Shown here piece after piece: positions 29,767 through 42,493 of a DNA stretch of 64,000 nucleotides (the first letter of the stretch is position 1; each line of letters begins with the position of its first letter). Both the position numbers and the translations under genes were made by a program. The notes beneath the pieces are model-generated. The model had not been told where the DNA came from. It made no database searches and saw only the letters and a list, made by a program, of their open reading frames with translations. Origin of the DNA: Eledone cirrhosa (lineage: Eukaryota); assembly GCA_964016885.1 (NCBI GenBank), contig OZ024755.1, positions 34,782,001-34,846,000 on the forward strand, written 5' to 3'.

Positions 29767-30123
29767 TTATCTATCTACCTACATATCTATATCTATATCT
29801 ACTTACATATCTAGCTACCTACATATCTATATCTACTTACATATCTAGCTACCTACCAACATATCTACCTACCTACCTACCTACCTACGTACCTACCTAC
29901 CTACCTACGTACCTACATATCTACCTACCTACCAACCTACTTGTCTCTTTCACCTCATTTGTCTATAAAGTTAAGCATTAAAACCTAAACAAGCAAAACG
30001 ATTAACGTTTTATTGCTTTATACAATTTTGATATAATTTTCATATCTCCTCATTTTGTTATATTATTTTTTTCATGTTGCTATAAACTACATATTACTGC
30101 CATGATTAACACACCTACTTTAA

Positions 30124-31754
30124 CCCTTTACTATTTACATTACTCTATATATACTATTGTATTTACACAGTAAAGTCTTTACCTCACATAGCCATTACAT
30201 TACTCTATATATACTATTGTATTTTCATGGTAAAGGCTTTACCACACATAATATCTCACATAACATTTACATTACTGTAAAAATACAATAGTATATATAG
30301 AGTAAAGGCTTTACCTCACATAATATCTCACATATAATTTACATTACTCTATATATACTATTGTATTTTCACAGTATAGGCTTTACCTCACATAATATCT
30401 CACATAACATTTACATTACTGTAAAAATACAATAGTATATATAGAGTAAAGGCTTTACCTCACATAATATCTCACATAACATTTACATTACTCTATATAT
30501 ACTATTGTATTTTCACAGTAAAGGCTTTACCTCACATAATATCTCACATAACATTTACATTACTCTATATATACTATTGTATTTTCACAGTAAAGACTTT
30601 ACCTCACATAATATCTCACATAACATTTACATTACTGTAAAAATACAATAGTATATATAGAGTAAAGGCTTTACCTCACATAATATCTCACATATAATTT
30701 ACATTACTCTATATATACTATTGTATTTTCACAGTATAGGCTTTACCTCACATAATATCTCACATAACATTTACATTACTGTAAAAATACAATAGTATAT
30801 ATAGAGTAAAGGCTTTACCTCACATAATATCTCACATAACATTTACATTACTCTATATATACTATTGTATTTTCACAGTAAAGGCTTTACCTCACATAAT
30901 ATCTCACATAACATTTACATTACTCTATATATACTATTGTATTTTCACAGTAAAGACTTTACCTCACATAATATCTCACATAACATTTACATTACTGTAA
31001 AAATACAATAGTATATATAGAGTAAAGGCTTTACCTCACATAATATCTCACATATAATTTACATTACTCTATATATACTATTGTATTTTCACAGTATAGG
31101 CTTTACCTCACATAATATCTCACATAACATTTACATTACTGTAAAAATACAATAGTATATATAGAGTAAAGGCTTTACCTCACATAATATCTCACATAAC
31201 ATTTACATTACTCTATATATACTATTGTATTTTCACAGTAAAGGCTTTACCTCACATAATATCTCACATAACATTTACATTACTCTATATATACTATTGT
31301 ATTTTCACAGTAAAGACTTTACCTCACATAATATCTCACATAACATTTACATTACTGTAAAAATACAATAGTATATATAGAGTAAAGGCTTTACCTCACA
31401 TAATATCTCACATAACATTTACATTACTCTATATATACTATTGTATTTTCACAGTAAAGGCTTTACCTCACATAATATCTCACATAACATTCACATTACT
31501 CTATATATACTATTGTATTTTCACAGTAAAGGCTTTACCTCACATAACATTCACATTACTCTATATATACTATTGTATTTTCACAGTAAAGGCTTTACCT
31601 CACATAATATCTCACATAACATTTATATTACTCTATATATACTATTGCATTTTCACAGTAAAGGCTTTACCTCACATAACATTTACATTACTCTATATAT
31701 ACTATTGTATTTTCACAGTAAAAGCTTTACCTCACATAATATCTCACATAACAT
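30124..31754 (-). repeat. 72-bp MITE-derived satellite, left part, with 360-bp higher-order repeat
   Basis: Starts at a TTAA|CCCTTTA MITE end. Inverted-core monomers recur at 30271, 30631, 30991 and 31351. Confidence 0.9.
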
Positions 31755-31965
31755 CTCGTATACGAGAGACGTGTGTTGACGTGTGTGAACAAGCTCGGCT
31801 ACCGAGTCGGATTTACTTACTCAAAAAGTGAGTTTTGATTAATTTTTTTATACTGTAATATACGTTAACCCCTTGCCTTGGTCGTCAAACTTTGAGTTTA
31901 TTTATTTTCGCCCCTTTTTGGGGCGAATTTTCCAGTTAAAAATTTATTACGGCAAACTAATAGAA

Positions 31966-33702
31966 ATGGACGGAATTTTCACATCTCATCCTAACGTGAA
32001 AGCCACGCCCCCTAAGAAAGGTGATACAGAGAAGCTAGAAGCACAAGGCTCTAAGTCTTCCCTCCTCACTTCTGCAAAAGAAACATGGAACACGGAATTA
32101 AAAGAAAAATTTGTAGAAATGGGTGAAAACCCAGAAAGTCACATAAACGCAGACAAAAACATCAACGACAATAACAGCAATAGTCACAACACCAACCAAG
32201 GAAAAAATAACGATAACACCAAACAAAGTGAACCCACTACTGGTACCTCCTTTGCACAGGCGGTCCGGAAAACACAAACCTGCAAGCAACTGGACATTAC
32301 AACTCTGAGAGAAAAGATGAAGGAAGCGAAACAGTATGTAACTTTCAAAGAAGGAGGAGACTTCACAATCACCTCCCCACAAGAAATCAAAAGAGACACG
32401 ACGCTAAGAACGATATCTTTCAGAACAATTTCCAACATAACAAGGAAACCAACTCAATTATCCCAAAAAGAGATTGAGCTGGTCCTAAAAAATGTGTGGA
32501 GTGATATATCGTTCATACAAAAAGGGCCACTCTATGGGAATATAACGGTCCTAATGAAGGATCAATTGACGGCCAGGAAATACTCTGTGGCACCAATTGT
32601 TTCCAAGATATATACATTTTTCCCCACATATTTAGGGAAAAGAACGCAGAAGATAAGGGTCTCCGGAATCCGGCCAAATGCATGCATTTCCTGGGTACTA
32701 ACAGGATTTTTAGAAGACGAGGACGGAATCCTCTCAGTAGGAGAAGTCACCACAGACGTTTTCGGCGGTTTGAGCGTGGAGGTTCTGGTCCAAATGAGAC
32801 CAGAACGAATCGCTAGAATACCACAGAGGGTGTCCCTCGATGGAGAAACATTTATATATATTTCAGCCGAGGGTAGGAGGCCCATATGTTACTACTGTTC
32901 AAGCAGGGGTCATCTAAGGGCTGCTTGTCCTCAATTGACAAAAAAAAAGGCTCTTTTGCCTACACCCCACACACCACCACCGCCACCACCACCACCACCT
33001 CCACCACCACCACCACAACAACAACAAAAACAACAGGGAAAAATAACACAAGACACGGCCCCACCCAAAACAACTCCCAAAACACACACAAATACAACAA
33101 AACCCCAAAATACACCACTACCCGACAGCACGGACGAGGACCCAGCGGAAACGGCACCTAGTGACGAAGAGGGGGAACCCTTCCAACCTGTAAAAAGGAA
33201 AAAAAGAAAGCACCACTCGAACATAAACGAAACAAACACACAACCACCAACAAAAACAAAACAAACAGAACAAACAAAATCCGCCCCACCCCAAAACATA
33301 ACACATACAACAAAACGTAAGCACACACAAGAACAACAAACAAACACAACACAAATAAAACAGTATACATACATTAACACAAATAACAAAGAACTAGTAA
33401 AAACAATACACAAAGACCCTTTGGTGGAAACTGAAGGGCAATTCTTTGCAAGCGCGGCCAACAAACCGCATTTAAAAATGATAAGACTCCCAATGGACAC
33501 CTATGCAAAACTAAGAGAGAACTTTCCTGAGGACGTGGGGAAAACATGTACTCGACCCTATAACCGCGTCCTCTTGAAACGTTTCCCCACCCACACCTCA
33601 CCAAACACCCCCACTCCACCACAGAACAACACCCCACCAAACAACCCCTCCAATACGCCCATGGATATTGTGCAACCTGCTCCTCAGGAGCCGAACAGGT
33701 AG
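31966..33702 (+). CDS. LINE ORF1 nucleic-acid-binding protein (CCHC zinc knuckle), ~578 aa
   Basis: First ATG at 31966. CYYCSSRGHLRAAC knuckle, SFAQAV motif, Pro/Thr-rich low-complexity tail and basic KRKKRK patch. Confidence 0.9.
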   Translation: MDGIFTSHPNVKATPPKKGDTEKLEAQGSKSSLLTSAKETWNTELKEKFVEMGENPESHINADKNINDNNSNSHNTNQGKNNDNTKQSEPTTGTSFAQAVRKTQTCKQLDITTLREKMKEAKQYVTFKEGGDFTITSPQEIKRDTTLRTISFRTISNITRKPTQLSQKEIELVLKNVWSDISFIQKGPLYGNITVLMKDQLTARKYSVAPIVSKIYTFFPTYLGKRTQKIRVSGIRPNACISWVLTGFLEDEDGILSVGEVTTDVFGGLSVEVLVQMRPERIARIPQRVSLDGETFIYISAEGRRPICYYCSSRGHLRAACPQLTKKKALLPTPHTPPPPPPPPPPPPPPQQQQKQQGKITQDTAPPKTTPKTHTNTTKPQNTPLPDSTDEDPAETAPSDEEGEPFQPVKRKKRKHHSNINETNTQPPTKTKQTEQTKSAPPQNITHTTKRKHTQEQQTNTTQIKQYTYINTNNKELVKTIHKDPLVETEGQFFASAANKPHLKMIRLPMDTYAKLRENFPEDVGKTCTRPYNRVLLKRFPTHTSPNTPTPPQNNTPPNNPSNTPMDIVQPAPQEPNR

Positions 33703-33723
33703 GTCCTTCCTCTTTTAACCAAC

Positions 33724-36700
33724 ATGGCTGATATAAGAGTTGGGTTTCTGAATGTACGTGGCCTGGGACTGTCTTGGAAACAAGGCAAACTTTTAAACGA
33801 TCTCAGGTCACATAGAATGGATGTAATGGCTATTTGCGAGTCCAGGATCAGCAGCGAGCACCAACTGGCGCCCCTCTTCGACGACTTTGAGATCTTCGCA
33901 TCTCTCTGTCAACCGGGGGGTGGGGGTGGAGTTGTCGTTCTGCTGCGAAAACACCTGGGCCTCGCCATACAGAAGGTGCACCTGGACCCGGAGGGTCGAC
34001 TGGTGGTTTTAGACGTCGGCAGTAGTGAAAGTGGAGCCCTTAGACTAATAGCTGTGTACGCCCCTTTTTGGGCAGCGCGGCCGGAATACTTCCAACGTCT
34101 GGAAACTTTTCTGGGAACGTCCCGCTCCTTGCTTTTAGTGGGGGACTGGAATGGTATCCTGGATGCACGTTGGGACTATGTAGGGGCATGTGCCAATAGA
34201 GGGGGGTGTAAAAGCCTCAAAAGGTTAATCGGCCGATTTGACCTGGCCGATAGATATCGACTAGATTTTCCGACTGTACCACTATGGACGTGGACCAATC
34301 GCAGTGGAACATCTAGGTCGTACCTAGATAGGGTCCTAGTTAGAGAGAACGATAGGGACACATTTAGCTGTCCAAAAATGTTCATGGTTGACTATTCGGA
34401 TCACAAGTTAGTGACCTGCATAGCCAACCTTGATAGAACCCATAGACAGGGACCCGGTTACTGGAAGCTGAACTTGTCCTTACCGAGAAGCAAAGCTTAC
34501 AGTAAACGGATTAGCACGTTAGTTAAGCAGAATTTGACAGGGGCAATTGTCAACAACAGGTGGTGGAGCTCTCTTAAGAGAGCAATTAGAATAGAATCGA
34601 TAGGTTTTAGTCAGGAATTAGCAAGGGATAGGAACAAGACGGAAAGGGAATTAGTAGATAGAGTAGAAGAGGCGATTAGGAGTGGCAATGTAGCCGGCGT
34701 GCTGGCATCAAGAATGGCCTTAGACCAGTTCTTTGAGGTGAAGCATGAAGGCTGCGTTGTCAGGAGTAAAATACGTGCTCTGGGTAATGAGGGAGCCAAA
34801 GCTGTAAGCTGGGCCCGAGTGACAGAGGCAAAAAGTGGGAACAAGTCCACGATTCGGTCTTTGAAGGACCAGGATGGGCGTGTGATCCTTGAACCTGGGC
34901 AGATGTGTGCGGCCTTTCAGCGGCACTTTGCACGACTGTTCGAGAGGGGCGGCGCGCCGGGTGAGACTATGGATTTCAATCCATACCTCGACGGTCTGCC
35001 GTGCCTCTCGGACGCGGAGGCGAAGTCCTGCGAAAGGACGATTTCAGCTGCTGAGATAGGGGCGGCGCTGAGCCAATGCGGCAAACGCAAATCCCCGGGT
35101 CTCGATGGTCTACCATACGAGCTATATGTAGCGATGCCGGACTTGTTCTCCGATATCCTCGAAGCGGTCTACTGCAACTGGCAGCAGAACGGGAGAATTC
35201 CCAGTTCTGTGACCAAGGGCGTAGTTACGCTGGTGAGGAAGGATGAGAACAAGGGGGATGACATAAGTAACTTCAGGCCCATAACTCTGCTAAATACAGA
35301 GTTAAAGATTTTGGCCAAGGTGTTAGCGAAGAGGTTGGCGCTTGTCGTTGGAAACCTGGTGGGAGAAGCGCAGACATGCGCAATCCCGTCCAGGTCCATT
35401 CACGACAATCTCCACCTTATGCGATACATCATAGAGAGGGTAGGGAATGAACCCGGCTTTGGTGGGGCCCTGATCAACTTGGATCAATCTAAAGCTTTCG
35501 ATAGGGTTGACCATCGTTACCTGGATGCGGTGCTCGCGGCGGCAGGCTTCGGACCCGTTTTCAGGGGTTGGATTGCTGCGATGCACAGCAGCAACGTCTG
35601 CTCAAGGGTCAAGGTGAACGGCCACCTCTCGGAGCCGTTCCAAATCATGCGATCCATCCGACAGGGATGCCCTCTCTCCTCCCTACTGTATGTGCTGGCT
35701 CTTGAGCCACTACTGCGGAAGTTGGAGCGGTTGCAGGGCATCCCTTTGGAACCGGGATTGCAGAAAGCGGCGTCGGCCTACGCCGATGACGTGACAGTAA
35801 TGGTGTCGAAAACCTCGCAAATCGGTGAGATCGGCACCTTACTGGAGGAATATGAAAGGTTTACAGGAGCCAAGCTGAACCGGGACAAGTCCGTCGGTTT
35901 GCAACTCGGAACATGGAGAGGCAAACCGATGCCCTCCAACGACGTCGTCGGACGCTGGACGGAGGGCCCGGTGAAGCTGCTTGGGGTCTGGTTCGGACCA
36001 GACCTCCAGGTGGAGAAAAACTGGAACGAGGTAACGGCCAGGGTGTTTGCACTCACCCAGAAGTGGGCCCAGTGCAAACTATCCCTGAAAGGTCGAGCGG
36101 AGGTGGCGAATACTTATATAGCATCCGTCATCTACTACCGCTTGACCGTCGTGCCTTGCCCAGTGAAAAGACTCGCCAAAATGGAGTGCGCGCTGTTCCA
36201 ATTTCTTTGGAACAAGCGGACCCCTTTGGTGAGGAGATCCATCTGCTGTCAACACCCTTCGAAAGGAGGGCTGGGGATGCCGTGGCTACAGATGCGTAAA
36301 CACGCATTAAGGCTACGGCACCTCCAGGTATTCCTCACCGGTCAACCGGTGTGGGCCCCGTTTGTGAGGCGAGCCTTTCCCAGACTCGTCTCGCTCACCG
36401 AGCTGCAATCCTGGGTCAAGCAAAGACCGAGAAAAGTGGGCGACTGGCACATTGAATGTGCCCAGGCGCTCACGGCCCTCTGGAAAGCGGACCCGGCAAT
36501 CAGTGGAGACTCCACCTCGACATTCTATAGAGGGTTGGTACGCAGCAGGTGCGACGATGCTCTCGGAGAAGCTCTAGGCATGGAGGAAGATGAACTGGCC
36601 AGTCTGTTCGGTAGGACGTTTGGCCCTGGACCGATGGACAACTTCCAAAAGTCCCTGGCTTGGCAGTGCTACCGAGGGGCTCTACCCGTTCGAGACAAGC

Positions 36701-37161
36701 TCCACAGACATGGGAGCCTGGGTAGAGATCCTTTGAATAAGATCTGTCCGAGATGCGTGCATGATGACGAAACCGTTGCGCACGCATTCGTACACTGCCC
36801 AGGCATTGCTGACCTGTGGGGCTATGTGGAACGACTACTGTCGAGGGTGGGACCAATCCGGTTGACCACCGAGTCCATTGTCACGATCAAACCGCCTCCC
36901 CCTTTCAAAAACGAAGGAGAGGCGGTTTTTCTCTGTGTGGTAGCCATGGCTAAAGAAGTTGTATGGTGGACGAGGCTGAAAGGGCTGAGGTCAGACACCT
37001 TTCTCTCCGGCCAACAACTGGTCCCCTTTTTCAAATACCATTTTAAAAGAAGGATCAGAATGGAGAGAGAGGTGCTCTACCCCAGCAAGTTTTATGAAAG
37101 GTGGGTGAAAGTAGGGAGAATGGCCAGAGTGAATGGGTCTTCTCTCTATATCAGCCTGTAG
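33724..37161 (+). CDS. LINE ORF2: APE endonuclease + reverse transcriptase + C-terminal zinc-binding domain, 1145 aa
   Basis: EN motifs LNVRGL, GDWN, LDRV, SDH. RT motifs SPGLDG, FRPITLLN, LDQSKAFDRV, RQGCPLS, YADD. C-terminal CPRC...ETVAHAFVHC. Confidence 0.97.
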   Translation: MADIRVGFLNVRGLGLSWKQGKLLNDLRSHRMDVMAICESRISSEHQLAPLFDDFEIFASLCQPGGGGGVVVLLRKHLGLAIQKVHLDPEGRLVVLDVGSSESGALRLIAVYAPFWAARPEYFQRLETFLGTSRSLLLVGDWNGILDARWDYVGACANRGGCKSLKRLIGRFDLADRYRLDFPTVPLWTWTNRSGTSRSYLDRVLVRENDRDTFSCPKMFMVDYSDHKLVTCIANLDRTHRQGPGYWKLNLSLPRSKAYSKRISTLVKQNLTGAIVNNRWWSSLKRAIRIESIGFSQELARDRNKTERELVDRVEEAIRSGNVAGVLASRMALDQFFEVKHEGCVVRSKIRALGNEGAKAVSWARVTEAKSGNKSTIRSLKDQDGRVILEPGQMCAAFQRHFARLFERGGAPGETMDFNPYLDGLPCLSDAEAKSCERTISAAEIGAALSQCGKRKSPGLDGLPYELYVAMPDLFSDILEAVYCNWQQNGRIPSSVTKGVVTLVRKDENKGDDISNFRPITLLNTELKILAKVLAKRLALVVGNLVGEAQTCAIPSRSIHDNLHLMRYIIERVGNEPGFGGALINLDQSKAFDRVDHRYLDAVLAAAGFGPVFRGWIAAMHSSNVCSRVKVNGHLSEPFQIMRSIRQGCPLSSLLYVLALEPLLRKLERLQGIPLEPGLQKAASAYADDVTVMVSKTSQIGEIGTLLEEYERFTGAKLNRDKSVGLQLGTWRGKPMPSNDVVGRWTEGPVKLLGVWFGPDLQVEKNWNEVTARVFALTQKWAQCKLSLKGRAEVANTYIASVIYYRLTVVPCPVKRLAKMECALFQFLWNKRTPLVRRSICCQHPSKGGLGMPWLQMRKHALRLRHLQVFLTGQPVWAPFVRRAFPRLVSLTELQSWVKQRPRKVGDWHIECAQALTALWKADPAISGDSTSTFYRGLVRSRCDDALGEALGMEEDELASLFGRTFGPGPMDNFQKSLAWQCYRGALPVRDKLHRHGSLGRDPLNKICPRCVHDDETVAHAFVHCPGIADLWGYVERLLSRVGPIRLTTESIVTIKPPPPFKNEGEAVFLCVVAMAKEVVWWTRLKGLRSDTFLSGQQLVPFFKYHFKRRIRMEREVLYPSKFYERWVKVGRMARVNGSSLYISL

Positions 37162-37397
37162 GTGAAAGAAGAGGAAAAAGCGGAGACGAGGGAAGCACCT
37201 ACTCTTTGTGCTCCTGAGGAGAAGGGTTACACATTTTTTCCGGGGTGTGTGCGACCCATGTTAATGCCCCCTCCCTATTGAGGACTTCGTTTGTTGTTGT
37301 TATTTCATTGTTATATTTTTGTACTCGTTAATTATATGTAAACTTCCCCCCTTGTATCTGTCCCTACCTTTTGTGCCCTAGTGGCAAATAAAGAAAC

Positions 37398-38427
37398 CAC
37401 TCTATATATACTATTGTATTGTCACAGTAAAGGATTTACCTCACATAATATCTCACATAACATTTACATTACTCTATATATACTATTGTATTTTCATGGT
37501 AAAGGTTTTACCTCACATAATATCTCACATAACATTTACATTACTCTATATATACTATTGTATTTACACAGTAAAGGCTTTACCTCACATAATATCTCAC
37601 ATAACATTTACATTACTCTATATATACTATTGTATTGTCACAGTAAAGTCTTGACCTCACAATATCTTACATAACATTTACATTACTCTATATATACTAT
37701 TGTATTTTGTGGTAAAGGCTTTACCTCACATAATATCTCACATAACATTTACATTACTCTATATATACTATTGTATTGTCACAGTAAATGCTTTACCTCA
37801 CATAATATCTCGCATAACATTTACATTACTCTATATATACTATTGTATTCTCACAGTAAAGGCTTTACCTCACATAATATCTCGCATAACATTTACATTA
37901 CTCTATATATACTATTGTATTCTCACAGTAAAGGCTTTACCTCACATAATATCTCACGTAACATTTACATTACTCTATATATACTATTGTATTTTCACAG
38001 TAAAGGCTTTACCTCACATAATATCTCACATAACATTTACATTACTCTATATATACTATTGTATTTTCACAGTAAAGGCTTTACCTCACATAATATCTCA
38101 CATAACATTTACATTACTCTATATATACTATTGTATTTTCACAGTAAAGGCTTTACCTCACATAATATATCACATAACATTTACATTACTCTATATATAC
38201 TATTGTATTTTCACAGTAAAGGCTTTACCTCACATAATATATCACATAACATTTACATTACTCTATATATACTATTGTATTTTCACAGTAAAGACTTTAC
38301 CTCACATAATATCTCACATAACATTTACATTACTCTATATATACTATTGTATTTTCACAGTAAAGGCTTTACCTCACATAATATCTCACATAACATTTAC
38401 ATTACTCTATATATACTATTGTATTTT
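37398..38427 (-). repeat. 72-bp MITE-derived satellite, right part (~14 monomers)
   Basis: Same unit resumes at actctatatatac immediately after the LINE. Confidence 0.95.
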
Positions 38428-40334
38428 ATCTAAAGTGAGATGGGATGGACACCTGGAGAATCTATATGAAACATTATAAAGTCAGATATGTGGATCATCT
38501 AGACAGTTTGACCAAATGTTCTAACCCATCAAAACCAATCTATGGCTAAAAAAAACAGCAAGTGATCTAAATATAAGAACCATATTGATCATGGTGATGC
38601 AGCAGGTCTGATGGGTACATTGATTGACTACATATTCCACTCCTTTATAAACAATCTAAATATTTTATTTTTATTTTTACAGCATTACATTTTAAACTTA
38701 AATTAGGTTGCTATTAATAATTCTTAGATCTTAACTCCTCTGTATCAAAATTAAAGTGTTAAAGAAGTTAGGCAATTCTTATCTACCAACTAATGGAGCC
38801 ACATTTTATATTAGAATTACCCAAGGAATATCTTTAAAAAAGATATGAACAAATACATAGATAGAATGTAATGATTCGTGTTGCTCATATCAGATATTTT
38901 GTTTCTAAGTCATTTAATATATATTGATAACTTCTCTTGGGTATTTTGACTGCAGCCAAATTTCCTTGTTGTAGAAAACTAAAAGAAATTCTGATACTAA
39001 CAACAGACGAGATATTTTGGTTCAGATTTGTTTGTGGACTAAATGCTTTGCTGTTTATTAAATTTTATCAAAAAAGATTATGTTATGGCTGGAAGTTGTT
39101 GTGTTGCAGTCAAAATATTTTAACATTTTTAAGTTAAGAAAATTCAAGAAAATGATTTTTTTCCAACTAATTGAAGGAAAGAAGCCAATCGTGAGATAGG
39201 GGAATGGAATCTATGTTTCCATTGTTTTTTTCCATTGCTAGTACTATCTAGTGCATGGCCTAGTGGTAAGGGTGTTAGACTTATGATCAAAACGTTATGG
39301 GTTTGATTCCTGGGCTGTGTTGTATTCTCGAGAAAAACACTTCATGTCATGTTGCTCCAGTATAATCAGCTGAAAAATGAGTATCAGCAATAGCTGGGGC
39401 TTTAACCCTGCGATGGACTAGCATACTGTCCCGGGGGAAGTCTTGTACTCTCAGTCACTTCATGCCATGAAACCAGCTCAAGGACACAACACACTGCCGG
39501 GAATCGAACTCACAACCTTATAATTGCGAGCTGAATTTCCTAACTAAAAGGGAAGGATCAAGCCTTTAGCCTTTATATTACTTGATATTTACTATTGTAT
39601 TTTTGTGATAAAGGATTTACCTCACATAAATATCTCACATAATATTGAATCTATGAGATTTTGATATTATTTATTTTGAGAATAATACCTTAATGTTAGT
39701 ATGAATGACCAATTACTGCCAGTTTGAACAGAAAGAAGTGAGAGAATTGTGGCCAGATGCAGCCAGTTTAAATGCTAAAGGGTTAAGTGGGTGTCTGAGT
39801 CTGCTTGAGACTGCATGGCCACCTAAAACCCATAGCAAAATCACGATATGTACCACCAAGTCCTACTCGATTGTGAGTAATGACTGTTGGTATATAAAAT
39901 TACAATTATACATTGGCAGTGTCGGTAGAATGTCGGACACAATGCTTTGCAGCATAGAGTTACGGCCCTTTACGGTCTGGTTTCAAATTCCGCCGAGGTT
40001 AACTTTGCCTTTCATCCTTACGGGGTCGATAAAATAAAGTACCAGTAATGTACTGGGATAATTGCTGGCCTTGTGCCAAAAGTAGAAACATATATATCAT
40101 GCAATTATCTTGTAAATGTATGTATCTAATTTTATGTATTTCTTACACACAGTTTAACACCAGGTGGCAGTGCAGTTTCTTTAGTTGACTTAACTTCGTT
40201 GTTCCAAACATTTCGACCGTGTCAATGATTTGGGAATAATATAATAACTTGATGTGCAGAGATCCATGGCTTGCAGTTTCTTCCTTCCATTCTACCACTT
40301 GCATGCAGGCATATATATACTGTATATATATATA

Positions 40335-41148
40335 TATACATACATACACACATAAATATACACATAAATACGCACACATAAACACACAAACACACATAAC
40401 CATACACATACACACACAAACAAACACACAAACATACACACATAAACACACCCTTACACACACAAATACATACAAACACATATATACACACACAAACACA
40501 CACAAACACTGAAACACACAGATAAACACAGAGACACACACACACATAAGCACACAAACACACAGAAACACACACAAACACACAGAAACACATAAATGCA
40601 CACACAAACACACAGAAACACACAAACATACATATAAACACACAAACAAACACACACACACACGCACAAACTCATACATAAACATACAAACAACACACGT
40701 GCAAATATACAAAACGCCCACAGAAACACATAAATACACAAACACACACACAAACACACACACAAACAAACACACACAAACACAAACTCATATATAAACA
40801 TACAAACAACACACGTGCAAATATACAAAACGCCCACAGAAACACACATAAATACACAAACACACACATAAACAAACACAAAGACACACACAAACACACA
40901 CACACACAAACACAAACAAACACACACAAACACAAACTCACACACACAAACACATACATAAACACACATACAAACATACAAAACACCCACAGAAACACAT
41001 ACATACACAAACACACACAAACAAACACACACACAAACACACAAACAAACACACACGCACAAACACACAGAAACACAAACACACAGAAACACACACACAC
41101 AACTCCCCCCCCTACACACACAAACTAACACACACAAACACACACACA
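40335..41148. repeat. CA-rich degenerate microsatellite
   Basis: Directly visible. Confidence 0.9.
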
Positions 41149-41610
41149 TTGTGGGTGCTGTGATCATTAATACATTGTGGGAAAATAAGATATCAAAAAA
41201 ATTAGATCTCGAAATAGATACAAGACAATAAATGTTTTGTTGCTTGTTTCAATTTTAATCTATAAATAAGCACACTGCCCTTCTTCACCTAAGTCACGGG
41301 AAAAATCGTTTTAAACTGTATATCTGTTTATAAGGGAAAATATGGGGCTTTCGTAAAGGTGCGTGACTTTCTGGTTAGGGTATTTGGCTTCCGATCATAA
41401 AGCCATGAGTTTGATTCCCAGAGCTTGATTATAACATTGATGTTTGCCAAGCAATGAAAGGGGCACATATTGGGTGTTTATGATATCAACCAATTCCACG
41501 TGGAACTGAGTTAGTTTATGCAACTGTAGCCACAAATATTGTAAGAATATTCATTTAAGTTTTCATATTATAAGTATTTGAAATCAAGGAGTGTTTTTGT
41601 GGTCACCCAG

Positions 41611-41667
<57 letters not shown>

Positions 41668-41919
41668 ATACTTGGGGAGGGTCATATTTGTGTAATATTG
41701 CCAGAATTAATAACAGAACACACTCCCCAAGTATAACAATATTTGTTTCGACACACGATTTCATATCAAAAACCTCGCAAAACTATATATATATATATAT
41801 ATATAGTAATAATAATAAATTTGAAGACTAAAATCCAAAGATTTCAGAAGATCCCGTTAAGCGTGAAAGCACCGATTCTTTGCTTAAACTTTAATCTGTT
41901 TTTTTACTTGTATAGCTCT

Positions 41920-42102
41920 CACAAGCTATTCATCAACACCTAGTTTTCTAAGAGCCCACCAGATAATGGAACGGGGGACTCTGTCAAAGGCTTTCTCCAA
42001 GTTGACAAAAGCTAAGTATAGGGGTTTACTTTTAGCTAGGTACTTCTCCTGTAGTTGTCGTACAATGAAAAGAGCGTCTGTGGTACTTTTACCTGACACC
42101 CA
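41920..42102 (-). pseudogene. RTE RT fragment
   Basis: STTDALFIVRQLQEKYLAKSKPLYLAFVNLEKAFDRVP peptide. Confidence 0.85.
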
Positions 42103-42493
42103 ACGTGGACGATCAGGCCAGAATTAACCACGCTGTACCTTGCTCCGATGAGGACAGTAAATTTGGCTGGGTATTTTACAGCTGGATGCCCTTCCTAACA
42201 CCAACCACATTTACAGTGTGGAACTGGATGGCACTGTTATGAGGAGGTACAGATGTATAGAAATAACTGTTTCTACTTTAGGCACAAGGCCAGCAATTAC
42301 CCAGTGCATTATTAGTACTTTATTTTATCGACCCCGTAAGGATGAAAAGCAAAGTCAACCTCGGCGGGATTTGAACTCAGATCGTAAAGGGACGTAACTA
42401 TGCTGGAAAGCATGGCGTCCGACCCTCTACCGATACTGCCAATCCACCGCCCTTATATAGAAATAACAATATATGGAGAGTCATAAAACTAAC

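Larger units (their letters stand above)
31755..37396 (+). mobile_element. Full-length, apparently intact L1/Tx1-type non-LTR retrotransposon (~5.6 kb)
   Basis: 5' UTR, two uninterrupted ORFs 21 nt apart, and a 3' UTR ending AATAAAGAAA. Satellite on both sides. Confidence 0.95.

Noticed and set aside
37381-38479. ORFs with 24-aa repeats directly after LINE ORF2 (possible ORF3)
   Set aside because: Read-through of the 72-bp satellite that also lies upstream of the element.
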